Source of the DNA: Candidatus Hodarchaeum mangrovi
GTDB lineage: Archaea > Asgardarchaeota > Heimdallarchaeia > Hodarchaeales > Hodarchaeaceae
DNA: 64,000 nt
Direction of reading: 5' to 3'
Assembly: GCA_016839515.1 (NCBI GenBank)
Contig: JAEOUE010000127.1
Coordinates: 1 to 64,000 of the forward strand
Position 1 is the first letter of the stretch. Each line of letters begins with the position of its first letter. This document shows, piece by piece, positions 1 to 10,516 of the stretch. The position numbers and the translations under genes are program-made. Under the pieces are notes generated by a model. That model worked only from the letters and a program-made list of their open reading frames with translations, searched no databases and had not been told where the DNA came from.

Positions 1-542
1 TCTAACCATTTTATTCCATCATGCATTTGCCCTACAATATAATTAATTCTACTTTCAGTCAATTTTTCATAAGGTCCTACTGAAACATCGATACTGAAGG
101 TTGGGATTCCTCCTTCAAGGTCACTTGCTACTTGATACCATTTTGCATGTGAACAACAGATATGATCTTGCCACATAAAATCAGGTTTTGGAAATTCTTT
201 GGAGAATTGCGGCCAAGCGTACTTATTAAGAATAACTGACCCCCAATAATTACGCATGTAAGAACAAAGATCTCTAGCAAAACCTTTTGTTTCAATAGCT
301 TCTTGACATTCCAACGCAAAATCTTTATTAAATGCTACAGTTGCTCCATAAGGTTCACCCGTTAAACACCATACGTCCTCACCTAAACCAGAAGGTATTG
401 CGTCGAAAGACCATGCACCGCCTGCCCAGCGAATTCCTCCTTTATCATGAGCTTCTGCGAAGTCTTTATAATAATTCTCACGAAGTGTTTTTGCTTTTCC
501 CCAACTTTTTAATTTTTCAGTAGGATATTTTGCTGTACTCAT
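1..542 (-). CDS. bzdO: Benzoyl-CoA reductase Bzd-type subunit O (2-hydroxyacyl-CoA dehydratase family); partial, runs off the window start
   Basis: Not in the ORF track. Manual translation from ATG at 542: [28 protein letters not shown]...[13 protein letters not shown]...GEPYGA...[12 protein letters not shown]...[16 protein letters not shown]-type RBS at ~549-553; directly downstream of bzdN. Confidence 0.85.
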   Translation of the reverse strand, partial: MSTAKYPTEKLKSWGKAKTLRENYYKDFAEAHDKGGIRWAGGAWSFDAIPSGLGEDVWCLTGEPYGATVAFNKDFALECQEAIETKGFARDLCSYMRNYWGSVILNKYAWPQFSKEFPKPDFMWQDHICCSHAKWYQVASDLEGGIPTFSIDVSVGPYEKLTESRINYIVGQMHDGIKWL

Positions 543-553
543 CTTATTTCCTC

Positions 554-1705
554 CTAAAACAAGTCTTCTTCCCTCATTATTTCAAGAAACGCCTCCACAC
601 GGGTTTTAAACTGGCCAATTGGAACAGTTACATCAAATTCTAGAAATAAGGTTGTAAGTCCATTTTTTTCTAATTCTTCCTTTATTTTAGGGGTATCTAG
701 TTCGTGTGGATCACAAAACTTCTGTTGAATCAGTATTGCTCCTTGTACATCATACTCTTTACTCATCCGTAGAATATGATCAAGTCTAGTACGCTTTGGC
801 CAATCCTTACTTGGACAGGGTACACGTTTTACATACCGTTCCGCTATTGCAGTCATCAAGTCTTTAGATGAATTTATTTCCTCGTAAAAGTAACGGGTGC
901 CAGTACAATGGTCGTCGGTCACAAATGTAGCTCCCAGGTTTTCAACCATAGCTAAGAATTCTGTATCATCATCTTCACTCCCAATAATCATTAATCTTTC
1001 CCCAGGATGACCAATATCACGTACAGAGAGTTTTTGAAGAAGCGACTTCAATTCTCGATTATGTTCATGTTTATCAGTCATTTGACTTGATACAACCATA
1101 TACATGGCTTCTAAACCTTTAAGAGGAGGTTTAGGGGTTTTTCTAAGTTCATAAACTTGTTTCATCAAACGGCGGTTTTCATTCATTAGTTCAATTCCAC
1201 GTTTTAAATCCTCATCAGTAATAGGCCTCCCTATCCATTCCTCAACGGATTTTTTAAATTGAATTAACTCCTCTCGGAGATAGGGAATAGCGTGAGGACT
1301 CTGAACATGCATTGGATGGGGTAAATAATAACTAAATTCCGTTGGAATATGAAGATCCCAGCTTGTGTAGGCTTGTCTAATATGAAGACAGCTTTGAGCG
1401 ATCATAATGCCATCTAGGTATTCAAAACGACCTTTTAATCCTTGAGCGAGGCAATCCCGACAAAATGGACAGAACATAGCGAAAATATGAGGTTCTGTTA
1501 CATCTTGAGGTTCATGACTACCTAAAATCCGAACTGGAAGTATATTTGCAGCATATAGTATTTCTTCTGGTACATATGTGCAGAAATACCCCATTACTTT
1601 ACCTCCAGTCTTTTCTTTCCATGCTTTTGCATATTCATGACGGTCTGTATACCACTTTTCAAATTGATCAAAAATTCCTTTTTCTTCCATCTGTACAGTT
1701 ACCAT
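554..1705 (-). CDS. bzdN: Benzoyl-CoA reductase Bzd-type subunit N
   Basis: Motifs [52 protein letters not shown]; context with bzdO and dch/had/oah. Confidence 0.88.
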   Translation of the reverse strand: MVTVQMEEKGIFDQFEKWYTDRHEYAKAWKEKTGGKVMGYFCTYVPEEILYAANILPVRILGSHEPQDVTEPHIFAMFCPFCRDCLAQGLKGRFEYLDGIMIAQSCLHIRQAYTSWDLHIPTEFSYYLPHPMHVQSPHAIPYLREELIQFKKSVEEWIGRPITDEDLKRGIELMNENRRLMKQVYELRKTPKPPLKGLEAMYMVVSSQMTDKHEHNRELKSLLQKLSVRDIGHPGERLMIIGSEDDDTEFLAMVENLGATFVTDDHCTGTRYFYEEINSSKDLMTAIAERYVKRVPCPSKDWPKRTRLDHILRMSKEYDVQGAILIQQKFCDPHELDTPKIKEELEKNGLTTLFLEFDVTVPIGQFKTRVEAFLEIMREEDLF

Positions 1706-1788
1706 AATCTACACACCTTTCATACAAATTGGTTCTTAACATAATTTTATTTTTCGCTTCTTTGAGAGTTTCACTTTGATATTAACTA

Positions 1789-2244
1789 TCAAAATTCTTT
1801 CATCAAGGTAATAAAGTTACTTTTAGTCATTTCTAATGTTCTAAAGAATTCTAATAAATCACTCGAAGTCCACTCGACACAGGTATAAACAATCTTGACA
1901 TTTTGGGACTTAAATTCCGTAAAAAGTTTATTTCCAAGTTGTTTTCCAATTCCTTTTGCAGTATGATCTGGATGCACTCCTAAAACTTCAATCCAACCTC
2001 CATTCTCAATACCAAAGAGCCAAGGGTGCACAGTCCCGATCATAAATCCTACTACTTGCCCTTGAATTTCAGCGACAAGGCTAATACTATTATTCTTCAA
2101 ATAATGCTTAATTTCAGACTTCCACATTGTTGGCCTAAAAACGCCTGTGATTCTTTTATCCATTTGAATAATTGGATCGATATCTGATTCCTTCATTTTT
2201 CTAATCTTAATAACATCATTCGTACCCATAATTAACCATCTCAA
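1789..2244 (-). CDS. GNAT-family acetyltransferase-fold protein
   Basis: Motif A LGVHPDHTAKGIGKQL, preceded by VAEIQGQVVGF. Confidence 0.85.
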   Translation of the reverse strand: MRWLIMGTNDVIKIRKMKESDIDPIIQMDKRITGVFRPTMWKSEIKHYLKNNSISLVAEIQGQVVGFMIGTVHPWLFGIENGGWIEVLGVHPDHTAKGIGKQLGNKLFTEFKSQNVKIVYTCVEWTSSDLLEFFRTLEMTKSNFITLMKEF

Positions 2245-2268
2245 GATGTCTTTCTTTGATTCATTGAT

Positions 2269-2472
2269 TCAATCAGAATTTTCTTTTAATTTTGATACGC
2301 GGATAATTTTAACCTTAGAATCAATCCAATTCTTCGGTAGATAAACACGACCAGTATTGCCACTCTGTTTCACTACTCTATCGATCATTTCAAACCCTTT
2401 AACGATAAACTCTGAATATAACTCTTCTACTGGTTCGCTCACGTTTTTCACCATATTTTTTATAGGTTTCAA
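2269..2472 (-). CDS. DUF2080-like small protein (AbrB-like hairpin)
   Basis: VKQSGNTGRVYLPKNWIDSKVKII signature. Confidence 0.7.
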   Translation of the reverse strand: MKPIKNMVKNVSEPVEELYSEFIVKGFEMIDRVVKQSGNTGRVYLPKNWIDSKVKIIRVSKLKENSD

Positions 2473-2674
2473 CTGTTTTTCAGGGATTTTAGTGATTATT
2501 TAGCCCTCCGAGATCTTATTGCTTTATAATTAGTATTACTATATATATAGATTGTGGCTGATGAGGATATACATTGTGATACCACTTATAAAGAAAATAT
2601 AATAATTCGCTCAGAAAGAGTTTCAAGCACAAAAAAACTGAAGAATAGGAATATTCATATTTAACATTTTAAGA

Positions 2675-2974
2675 ATGAGATTGAAAAACATGACCTCTGG
2701 AAAAATAGAAATAATTTTTCATGCAACCTTTAGTGAAATCACGAAAACCCGAAAAATCATGGAACCTATTAATGATGATTGTACCTTTGGAGAAATTTTA
2801 GAAATCTTAACAAGAAAATATGGGAATGACTTTAATAATGTGGTAAATCCACAAACAGGAAAAATTGCTAATGATATTTTAGTAATGATAAATGGAAAAG
2901 GTATCAGAGAAATTAATGAAAAAATTAGTCATGGAGATGTCTTGATCTTCACACTTCCTGTTGGTGGTGGTTAA
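2675..2974 (+). CDS. moaD: MoaD/ThiS/SAMP ubiquitin-like sulfur carrier
   Basis: Beta-grasp size, ILVMING, C-terminal LPVGGG; upstream of AOR. Confidence 0.85.
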   Translation: MRLKNMTSGKIEIIFHATFSEITKTRKIMEPINDDCTFGEILEILTRKYGNDFNNVVNPQTGKIANDILVMINGKGIREINEKISHGDVLIFTLPVGGG

Positions 2975-2989
2975 TTAGATGGTGTTGTT

Positions 2990-3136
2990 ATGAATGAAGT
3001 TAGATGCTTAAATTGTTTGAAAAGATTTCCAATTGAACAAAATACTGAACTGGCTAAATGTCCCCAGTGTAATACCCAGTACCGGATCTCTTGGCCAAAA
3101 CCAGACCAACCTAAGATTCGTGGGCTCGCAAAATAA
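2990..3136 (+). CDS. 48-aa zinc-ribbon microprotein
   Basis: Below the ORF-track cutoff. MNEVRCLNCLKRFPIEQNTELAKCPQCNTQYRISWPKPDQPKIRGLAK; two CxxC motifs; GGTG upstream; fills the moaD-aor gap. Confidence 0.8.
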   Translation: MNEVRCLNCLKRFPIEQNTELAKCPQCNTQYRISWPKPDQPKIRGLAK

Positions 3137-3154
3137 TCATTAGAGGCGTTTATA

Positions 3155-5047
3155 ATGGTTTGGAATAGAAAGATTGCTCATATTGATTTAACTTCAAAGT
3201 CAATTAATATCAAATCTGTCCCTAAATCGCTCCGAAAACAATTCCTTGGAGGAAGAGGCATCAATATGTATTATTTATATTCTCTCCTTCCTGCTGGAGT
3301 TAACGCATTAGGACCTGATAATGTTTTACTCATTGGTACTGGATTGTTAACTGGAATTCCTGCACTTGGTGCTGGAAGATGCGATATCGCAGCAAAATCT
3401 CCTCTAACTGGAGCTATAGGGGATTCAAACATAGGTGGATTCTTTGCTCCAGAATTAAGGTTTGCTGGATTTGACCATTTGATAATTACTGGAAAAGCAA
3501 CAAATCCTAGTTATATCTGGATAACTAATGGAGTAGTAGAAATCCGAGACGCTATTCACCTATGGGGAAAGGATACTTTTGAAACTCAAAACCTCATTCG
3601 ATCAGATCATAATGATGAACAAATTAAGAGTTTGGTTATTGGAGAAGCAGGAGAAAATCTTGTTCGTTATGCAAACGTAAGAACAGGAATGAAGAATGCT
3701 GCTGGTCGTACTGGAATGGGATGTATTATGGGTTCAAAAAACTTGAAGGCAATAGCGACTCGTGGAACATTGGACTTAGAATTTACTTTTCCTGATCAGC
3801 TACTCGATTATTGTTCAGATATGAACAATATGATCACAGGATCTCGCTGGGCTAGGGCACAATCAAAATGGGGGACACTCATCATCTATAGTAATACCAA
3901 CACCACTGGATTGATACGAACACGGAACTTTCAGCTTAATCGACTTGAAAACGGTGAAAATTTAGAACCTGAAGTGATGGATGAATATACAATTGGGATG
4001 TCAGGATGTTACGGATGTAGTGTTCATTGTCGTCATCGATATATATTAAAAGAAGGACCGTATGCTCCTATTTTTGGAGAAGGACCGGAATATACTTCAC
4101 TTGGCGCCTTTGGAACAATGGTTGACTGTAAAAAGATGGAAACTATTCTAATTGCTAATCATCTTGTGAACAAATATGGTATTGATACTTTGGAAATTGG
4201 GGGAATTATTGCCTGGATTATGGAACTCTATGAAAAAAATATTTTATCTGAAAAGATGATTGATGGATTGGATCTGTCCTGGGGAAACGAAGAAGTAATC
4301 TATGAACTTATTAAGAGAATTAGCAGAAGAGAAGGTTTTTTAGGAAATATGCTTGCTGATGGATTCTTACATTCCATTGAAAAAATTGGAAAGCAATCAG
4401 AATATTATGCCATGCAAATTAAAGGTATGAGTAATTTGCATTCTGATGAACGTCCTACACCGAGTTTAGCATTAGGAATAGCAACATCAACACGAGGTGC
4501 GGATCATTTAAGAAGTAGACCTGCAATTGATCTGTATGGACTCCCAGAGGAACTCTTAGAAGAGATATATGGAGCACCTATGTCTTCAGATTACACCTCA
4601 TATGAAGGAAAAAGTCATATGGTATGGTGGCAAGAATTATTATATGCAGTAACTGATTCAATTGGAACATGTAAGTTTCAAACAGTTTTTTGTGCAGTAC
4701 ATGCACCCAAATTCGAAGAATTTTCTAAGCTCATTGATCTAGCTACTGGTTTGAAGATTTCAAAACCCTCGCTTATGGAAATTGGCGAAAGGATAGTAAC
4801 AATTGAACGAATGTTTAATAATCGAGAAGGGTTTACTAGAAAAGATGATAAATTGCCAGAACGTTTCTTTAAAGAACCAACACCGTTAGGTTTTCCAATA
4901 GTTAAAGGGAAAAAGATCGAAAAAGAAAAATTTACTAAAATGCTTGATGAATATTATCACTTGCATGGATGGAATATCAATGGTATTCCTAGCAAGGAAA
5001 CTCTTAGGAAGCTTGGAATAGAAAATAATCAACAAATAAAGGTATAA
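3155..5047 (+). CDS. aor: Tungsten-dependent aldehyde:ferredoxin oxidoreductase, catalytic subunit
   Basis: LGGRG, AKSPLTG, AGRTGMG..MGSKNLKA, CYGCSVHC, GPEY, RGADH, DSIGTC, EYY..HGW. Confidence 0.92.
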   Translation: MVWNRKIAHIDLTSKSINIKSVPKSLRKQFLGGRGINMYYLYSLLPAGVNALGPDNVLLIGTGLLTGIPALGAGRCDIAAKSPLTGAIGDSNIGGFFAPELRFAGFDHLIITGKATNPSYIWITNGVVEIRDAIHLWGKDTFETQNLIRSDHNDEQIKSLVIGEAGENLVRYANVRTGMKNAAGRTGMGCIMGSKNLKAIATRGTLDLEFTFPDQLLDYCSDMNNMITGSRWARAQSKWGTLIIYSNTNTTGLIRTRNFQLNRLENGENLEPEVMDEYTIGMSGCYGCSVHCRHRYILKEGPYAPIFGEGPEYTSLGAFGTMVDCKKMETILIANHLVNKYGIDTLEIGGIIAWIMELYEKNILSEKMIDGLDLSWGNEEVIYELIKRISRREGFLGNMLADGFLHSIEKIGKQSEYYAMQIKGMSNLHSDERPTPSLALGIATSTRGADHLRSRPAIDLYGLPEELLEEIYGAPMSSDYTSYEGKSHMVWWQELLYAVTDSIGTCKFQTVFCAVHAPKFEEFSKLIDLATGLKISKPSLMEIGERIVTIERMFNNREGFTRKDDKLPERFFKEPTPLGFPIVKGKKIEKEKFTKMLDEYYHLHGWNINGIPSKETLRKLGIENNQQIKV

Positions 5048-5062
5048 ATTGGAGAAGTTAGT

Positions 5063-5548
5063 ATGAAGAAATTTCTATTTGTCAATCCTGAGAAGTGTTC
5101 TGGATGTCGTATATGTGAAATAGTTTGTTCACTTCATCATGAGAAAGTGTGTAATCCCGTACATGCAAGAATACAAGTGATCAAATGGGAAAGCTCTGGC
5201 TTATATATACCCATGGTATGTCAACAGTGCGAAGATCCAATTTGTGAAATAGTTTGTCCGATGAACGCGGTACATAGAGACGAAAAGACTGGAGCAATAC
5301 TTATTGATCATGAATTATGTGTTGGATGTAAGCTATGTGTAACCCATTGTCCTTTTGGTGGGGTAATATTAGGCATAGACGGACAAATTAAGAAATGTGA
5401 TCTTTGTGATGGAGATCCAATATGCGTAAAGAATTGCGAACCAAATGCACTCCAATTTATTGATGCAACAACAATTAACTTCTTAAAACGTAAAGCTGCT
5501 GCCCAAAAATTTTCAGATCTAATGCAGAAATTGTTATCAGCGACTTAG
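5063..5548 (+). CDS. 4x[4Fe-4S] electron-transfer subunit of the AOR (DmsB/AorA-like)
   Basis: CSGCRICEIVC, CQQCEDPICEIVCP, CVGCKLCVTHCP, CDLC...CVKNC. Confidence 0.9.
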   Translation: MKKFLFVNPEKCSGCRICEIVCSLHHEKVCNPVHARIQVIKWESSGLYIPMVCQQCEDPICEIVCPMNAVHRDEKTGAILIDHELCVGCKLCVTHCPFGGVILGIDGQIKKCDLCDGDPICVKNCEPNALQFIDATTINFLKRKAAAQKFSDLMQKLLSAT

Positions 5549-7092
5549 GATTTTTCAGGACTCATTATCAAAGCAGATTCAATTATTTCTGTAATATCAT
5601 TAACCTGAAGTGGAACAGCATTTCTTTTTGCAGTGATTCTAAAATTCATTTGACATAATGGACAGGCTGTTGTTAATATGTCGATGTTCAATGGTATAAA
5701 ATCTTCATTTAGTCTGGTTGAAGCAGAATCTAGACTGATATTATGATTATAATTCCATAATCCTCCTCCACCTCCACAACAACGTGCCTGGGATTTATTG
5801 AGACTCATTTCTATTATTTTGAGATTCGGGATCGATTTCAATATATTCCGGGGTGAATCATAAACACCACAGTGCCTACCAAGTGAACATGGATCGTGGT
5901 ATGTGATTTTATTGTTTATTGGATTAAAATCAAATTGTTTATGGTTTATTTTTTCTTCAATAAACTGGGATGAGTGAAGAATTTCACATGGAAGATGTAT
6001 GTTCGCTATCTCTGGGTAAAGTTTTGTGAATGTATAATAGCATCCTGAGCATGGAGTGATTAATGTTTTAATACCAATTTTTCTAATTATTTTGGCTACA
6101 TCTTGAGCCACTTTTTCTGCTTCTTTCCATAATCCTGAAGAAAATAATACATAACCACAACATCCTTCATTCCTTTCTAAATTTGTAAAATCAGCCTTCA
6201 ATTTTTTTAACAAATTATAAAAGGCTAGAGCTGTTTGAGGGGTACGATAAGATACCATACATCCCGTCCAATAGAGAATTTCAGGTTTATCAGGCAATTT
6301 TCGCTTAGGGACATTCTTCAACCAGGCAAAACGTTTTTCAAAGGATGTTCCTGCTGGATCTCCCGTAGCTTTGATATTTTCTGCAATGGTATGAAACACT
6401 TCTGGAGCTAATCGTTTTTCAGCAATAATTTGCCTCATACAAGTAATTGCCTTGTGAAGATCTACTTGTTCAAAACACTCGCTAAAACAGTTACCACACT
6501 TACTACAGGCATAAATTACGTCAATTATTTTTTGGGAAAGCTCTAGATCTCCTTTAATCAAGCCTCTAATTAAGAGGAACCTTCCTTTTGCAGACCATGT
6601 TTCAATTCCCTTGTAAAAAGGAGTAATAGTGCAATATCCTCCACAGATATCATTTTGCATACATTTGGTTAAATTTGATTCTGACAACATCAATTGTAAA
6701 GCCAAAGAAATGTTATTGTAGGTACTCTGTATATTCTTATTCATCTTATATATTAGAGAATCTCTAAGAATCCTTAGTTCCTCTGATCTCAGATTAATTT
6801 CAGGTTTAATGACATCATCTATGAGGATTTTTACTTTATTATTTTCACTACAAGTTTTAATATTACTTGCATTTCTACTTATCAAGGTAATATTTTGATT
6901 TTTGGCCCACTCAGAGAATTTAAGAGAATTTCCTACTTGATCAATCCTCACGACAATGTCAGGTAAAGAGATGGCCCCTCTAGAATATATTTTCTTGAAT
7001 GAATATACATATCTATCCTCGATATCAGTTAAAACTTGCCAATTTTCAAAAAATTCCCTTAGTTGTGCAGTAGTTTCATTCGTTGATTTCAT
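5545..7092 (-). CDS. Fe-S oxidoreductase with CCG domains (HdrD/GlpC-like)
   Basis: CSKCGNCFSEC, YWTGC, EGCCG, TPCSGC, YHDPCSLGRH, RCCGGGGG, TACPLC. Confidence 0.88.
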   Translation of the reverse strand: MKSTNETTAQLREFFENWQVLTDIEDRYVYSFKKIYSRGAISLPDIVVRIDQVGNSLKFSEWAKNQNITLISRNASNIKTCSENNKVKILIDDVIKPEINLRSEELRILRDSLIYKMNKNIQSTYNNISLALQLMLSESNLTKCMQNDICGGYCTITPFYKGIETWSAKGRFLLIRGLIKGDLELSQKIIDVIYACSKCGNCFSECFEQVDLHKAITCMRQIIAEKRLAPEVFHTIAENIKATGDPAGTSFEKRFAWLKNVPKRKLPDKPEILYWTGCMVSYRTPQTALAFYNLLKKLKADFTNLERNEGCCGYVLFSSGLWKEAEKVAQDVAKIIRKIGIKTLITPCSGCYYTFTKLYPEIANIHLPCEILHSSQFIEEKINHKQFDFNPINNKITYHDPCSLGRHCGVYDSPRNILKSIPNLKIIEMSLNKSQARCCGGGGGLWNYNHNISLDSASTRLNEDFIPLNIDILTTACPLCQMNFRITAKRNAVPLQVNDITEIIESALIMSPEKS

Positions 7093-7411
7093 TATAATTA
7101 CTCAACATTTATTTACTTTAGATACACATTTAACATGATTTTTTAATGTTAAGGATTAAAGGTTATTGATTTTCTACATTTCTAGCACGGTTATCGAAGC
7201 GAAATATTATTCCGTGTTATGCCCACTCAATATGGCTATTTATATGAAATTTTTAGTCGATAAATGTCGTTAACGAAGGATTTGAGGATAGAATTATATA
7301 TAAACTATACTCAAATTTTAATTGTAGTATTTCAATTAAACTTTTTCATGACACTAGCGTTCTATTTTCAAGTCCATTCAGAATTAAATGAGTCAGAACT
7401 AGAGTTTGGTG

Positions 7412-7428
7412 TCAATGTTAATCATTGA
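7412..7428. promoter_or_regulatory. Palindrome TCAATG-N5-CATTGA upstream of dch (candidate operator)
   Basis: Perfect 6-bp inverted repeat ~50 nt upstream of the dch start; function inferred. Confidence 0.3.
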
Positions 7429-7479
7429 TTATGCTAATTATTCAACAGTTAATTTAGCTAATGATATGGTGATGAAAAA

Positions 7480-8247
7480 TTGAGCAATGATTTAATTTTG
7501 GTTGAAAAAAAGGATTACATCGGGAAAATAATTTTTAACAACGGTTCGTTAAATATTTTAAATATTGCAATGATGGAAAAGATCAATAAGACCCTAGATG
7601 ATTTTTTAACAGATACTACTCTCAAAGTGATTGTAATTACTCACCAAGGAAAATCATTTTCAGCAGGAGTAGATGTAGGTGAACATATGGGAGATTTAGC
7701 TAATAAAATGCTAAATGTCTTTCATGGAATATTTAAAAGATTAAATCGAGTTAAAATTCCTACAGTTGCATGTGTTGGAGGAGCTGCTTTAGGTGGGGGT
7801 TGTGAAATAGCTGCGTTTTGCGACATTGTATTAGCTTCTGATAGAGCTAAGTTTGGAAATCCTGAAATAAAAGTAGGTGTGTTTCCACCAGTATCCGCAG
7901 TTATTTTTCCTATGATCCTTGGTGAAAAAAAGGCATATGAACTTATTTTACAAGGGGAAATTATAAATGCTGAAGAAGCACATAGAATAGGTCTTGTAAA
8001 TCATGTTTTCCCCTTAGAATCATTTGAAAAAGAAGTATCAGCATTCCTAGAAAGATTTAGTAAATTAAGTAGAGTTGTATTGCAATACACTAAAACAGCT
8101 ACCAAATTAAATATGGATTTTAATTTTGATGAGAAATTAGATAAAGTTGAAGATCTTTATCTTAATCAGCTAATGAAGACATTTGATGCAAATGAAGGAT
8201 TAAAAGCCTTTGTTGAAAAACGTCCTCCCAACTGGGAGAATCGATAA
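7480..8247 (+). CDS. dch: Cyclohexa-1,5-dienecarbonyl-CoA hydratase (crotonase family)
   Basis: FSAGVDVGEH, ALGGGCE, FGNPEIKVGVFPP, YLNQLM..DANEG; first gene of the dch-had-oah operon. Confidence 0.8.
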   Translation: MSNDLILVEKKDYIGKIIFNNGSLNILNIAMMEKINKTLDDFLTDTTLKVIVITHQGKSFSAGVDVGEHMGDLANKMLNVFHGIFKRLNRVKIPTVACVGGAALGGGCEIAAFCDIVLASDRAKFGNPEIKVGVFPPVSAVIFPMILGEKKAYELILQGEIINAEEAHRIGLVNHVFPLESFEKEVSAFLERFSKLSRVVLQYTKTATKLNMDFNFDEKLDKVEDLYLNQLMKTFDANEGLKAFVEKRPPNWENR

Positions 8248-8290
8248 CAATATTTATAGAAATAAATGTCACAGGAAGTTGTGAATAGAT

Positions 8291-9337
8291 ATGAAAGCTG
8301 CTGTTTTTGAAAAAATAAAAGAACCATTAAGAATTATAGAAGATTATAGTTCACCAAATATCAATGGGATACTAGGACATGTTATTGTTGACATCACAGC
8401 TTGTGGTGTCTGTCACACCGATTTAGGGTTTCTTGACCATGGAGTTCCAACAGGTAAATCTCCACCTTTAATTCTCGGACATGAAATGTCAGGAGTGGTT
8501 AAAGAAACAAGTGATGATGTTACATCATTTAAACAAGGAGATCATGTTTTAATTCCTGCCGTAATATCTTGTGGAACTTGCTTTTATTGTCGAACTGGGC
8601 GTGAGAATATTTGTTCAAATCAAATTTTCTTTGGAAGTAATGTTGATGGTGGTTTTGCAGAACAGATAATGGTTCCAGCAAAAGATATTTTTCATCTTCC
8701 GAAAGAAATCCCTTTAGAGGAAGGTTGTATTATCGCTGATGCTATTTCCACTCCATACCATGCAGTAAAAAATCGTGGACAGGTTAAAGCTGGAGATTGG
8801 GTTGTTGTGATTGGATGTGGTGGGATTGGATTGAATATTGTACAAAATATCCGTGTCGCAGGTGGTTTAGCAATAGCTGTAGATATTGTACCGGAAAAAC
8901 TTGAAATCGCAAAAAAATTAGGTGCGGTTGAAACAATATCTGCAAAAGACTTGGATGATCGTGCTGTAGTTGGAGCCATTAGAAAAATAACAGGTGGAGG
9001 AGCAGACATCGCATTTGAGGCAATTGGCAACCCAGCAACTTTTACACAAGCATTCAACAGCTTAAAGACAGGTGGTAGATTAGTTGCTGTTGGATATTCT
9101 CCGAAACGATGGGATGGATTTGATATCGGTCGTGTAATGTTTCGTGAAATGGAACTAGTAGGGAGTCTGGGATGTCGAACAGTAGATTACCCACGCATTA
9201 TTGAACTAGTTAGAAATAAGAACCTCGTGGTTGAACCGCTTGTAACAGCAAAATACCCACTAAAAGAAATAAACAAAGCATTTGATGTTATGCGTCGTGG
9301 TGAAGGTGTTCGTACAATAATTCTATGTAATTCTTGA
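8291..9337 (+). CDS. had: 6-hydroxycyclohex-1-ene-1-carbonyl-CoA dehydrogenase (Zn-ADH)
   Basis: CGVCHTDLGF..GV, GHE, PAVISCGTCFYC..GRENIC, ADAISTPYHA, GCGGIG, GSLGC. Confidence 0.82.
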   Translation: MKAAVFEKIKEPLRIIEDYSSPNINGILGHVIVDITACGVCHTDLGFLDHGVPTGKSPPLILGHEMSGVVKETSDDVTSFKQGDHVLIPAVISCGTCFYCRTGRENICSNQIFFGSNVDGGFAEQIMVPAKDIFHLPKEIPLEEGCIIADAISTPYHAVKNRGQVKAGDWVVVIGCGGIGLNIVQNIRVAGGLAIAVDIVPEKLEIAKKLGAVETISAKDLDDRAVVGAIRKITGGGADIAFEAIGNPATFTQAFNSLKTGGRLVAVGYSPKRWDGFDIGRVMFREMELVGSLGCRTVDYPRIIELVRNKNLVVEPLVTAKYPLKEINKAFDVMRRGEGVRTIILCNS

Positions 9338-9370
9338 AATTAATCATCAAGGAATTTGGAATGAACTATA

Positions 9371-10516
9371 ATGTCACAAGTTGGGATTATCGGTATTGGT
9401 CATAGTAAGTTTGGAAGACGCGATGACGTTACCGTTCAAGAATTAGCTTTTGAACCGTTTAAGGAAGCACTAACTGATGCAGGTATAAATCGCAAGGATA
9501 TAGAAGCTACAATTATTGGAGGAAGTCCTGTTTATATGACACAACGAAGTATTGCTGGACCTGTTACGGAATATTTGGGTTTAAATCCCCAACCAGTTTG
9601 GCTTACTGAAGCTGCATGTAGTAGTTCTGCTGTTGCCCTCCGTACAGCATATGCCTTGATAAAATCGAATATGCATGATATAATTTTAGTACTCGGGGTT
9701 CAAAAGATGTTAGAAAACCCAACATCTGAAATTCTTAAAATTATGGGACGTACAGGAGATGTGCAATGGGAAGCTCCTTATGGAACAACTTTTGCTAGCT
9801 ATTATGGGATGTATGCTCAAAGTCACATGGCTAAGTATGGAACAACTTCAGAGCAGCTTGCTGCTGTTGCTGTAAAAAATCATTATTATGGTTCGATGAA
9901 CCCGTTGGCAATGTTTCAAAAAGAAATTTCAATAAAACAAGTATTAGAGTCGAGAATTATTGCCTCACCTCTTCATATATTTGACTGTTGTGCCAATGCA
10001 GATGGTTCTGCAGCACTTATTATAGCAAATGAAGAAAAAGCTAAACAATTATCTGATACACCAATTTGGGTCACAGGTCTTGGTGCAGCTACTGCTCCCT
10101 TCTCATTATTGACACGACCAGAATTAGCTACTTTATCCAGTGCAGTAAACGCCTCTAAACAAGCATATGATCAAGCTAAGGTATCTGCGAAGAAAATAGA
10201 TGTTGCAGAGGTTCATGATTGCTTTACTATTGCTGAGATTATGGCATATGAGGATTTAGGGTTTACAGAGAGAGGTAAAGGGGGAGAATTCGTAGATGAA
10301 GCTTATATAGGTGGTCAAATTCCTGTAAATGTTGATGGAGGTTTGAAAGCTAAAGGCCATCCTGTAGGTGCCACTGGATGTTCACAAGTTGTTGGAATCG
10401 TTAAACAACTTCGTGGAGAAGCAGGAAAATGCCAAGTTGATAATGCAGAGATTGGTTTAACACATAATGTTGGTGGTCATGGCCAATATTGCGTTGTACA
10501 TATTTTTTCGAGGTGA
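9371..10516 (+). CDS. Archaeal/SCP2-type thiolase (DUF35-associated)
   Basis: EAACSS, EVHDCFT, GHPVGATG, HNVGG. Confidence 0.9.
   Translation: MSQVGIIGIGHSKFGRRDDVTVQELAFEPFKEALTDAGINRKDIEATIIGGSPVYMTQRSIAGPVTEYLGLNPQPVWLTEAACSSSAVALRTAYALIKSNMHDIILVLGVQKMLENPTSEILKIMGRTGDVQWEAPYGTTFASYYGMYAQSHMAKYGTTSEQLAAVAVKNHYYGSMNPLAMFQKEISIKQVLESRIIASPLHIFDCCANADGSAALIIANEEKAKQLSDTPIWVTGLGAATAPFSLLTRPELATLSSAVNASKQAYDQAKVSAKKIDVAEVHDCFTIAEIMAYEDLGFTERGKGGEFVDEAYIGGQIPVNVDGGLKAKGHPVGATGCSQVVGIVKQLRGEAGKCQVDNAEIGLTHNVGGHGQYCVVHIFSR

Noticed and set aside
128-523. ORF-track ORFs 128-319(-) and 332-523(+)
   Set aside because: Both overlap the bzdO reading frame (542 to <1), which the track missed because it has no stop codon inside the window.
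2269-2472. IS element, because DUF2080 is labelled transposon-associated
   Set aside because: No transposase, TnpB or terminal repeats nearby.
3155-5047. Class II benzoyl-CoA reductase BamB
   Set aside because: It has ordinary AOR motifs (GPEY, RGADH) and no BamC-I genes nearby; a class I Bzd reductase is already present.
7140-7479. Structured ncRNA or riboswitch upstream of dch (TGACACTA...TGGTGTCA pairing)
   Set aside because: The pairing is short and imperfect with no recognisable family; not supportable without covariance analysis.
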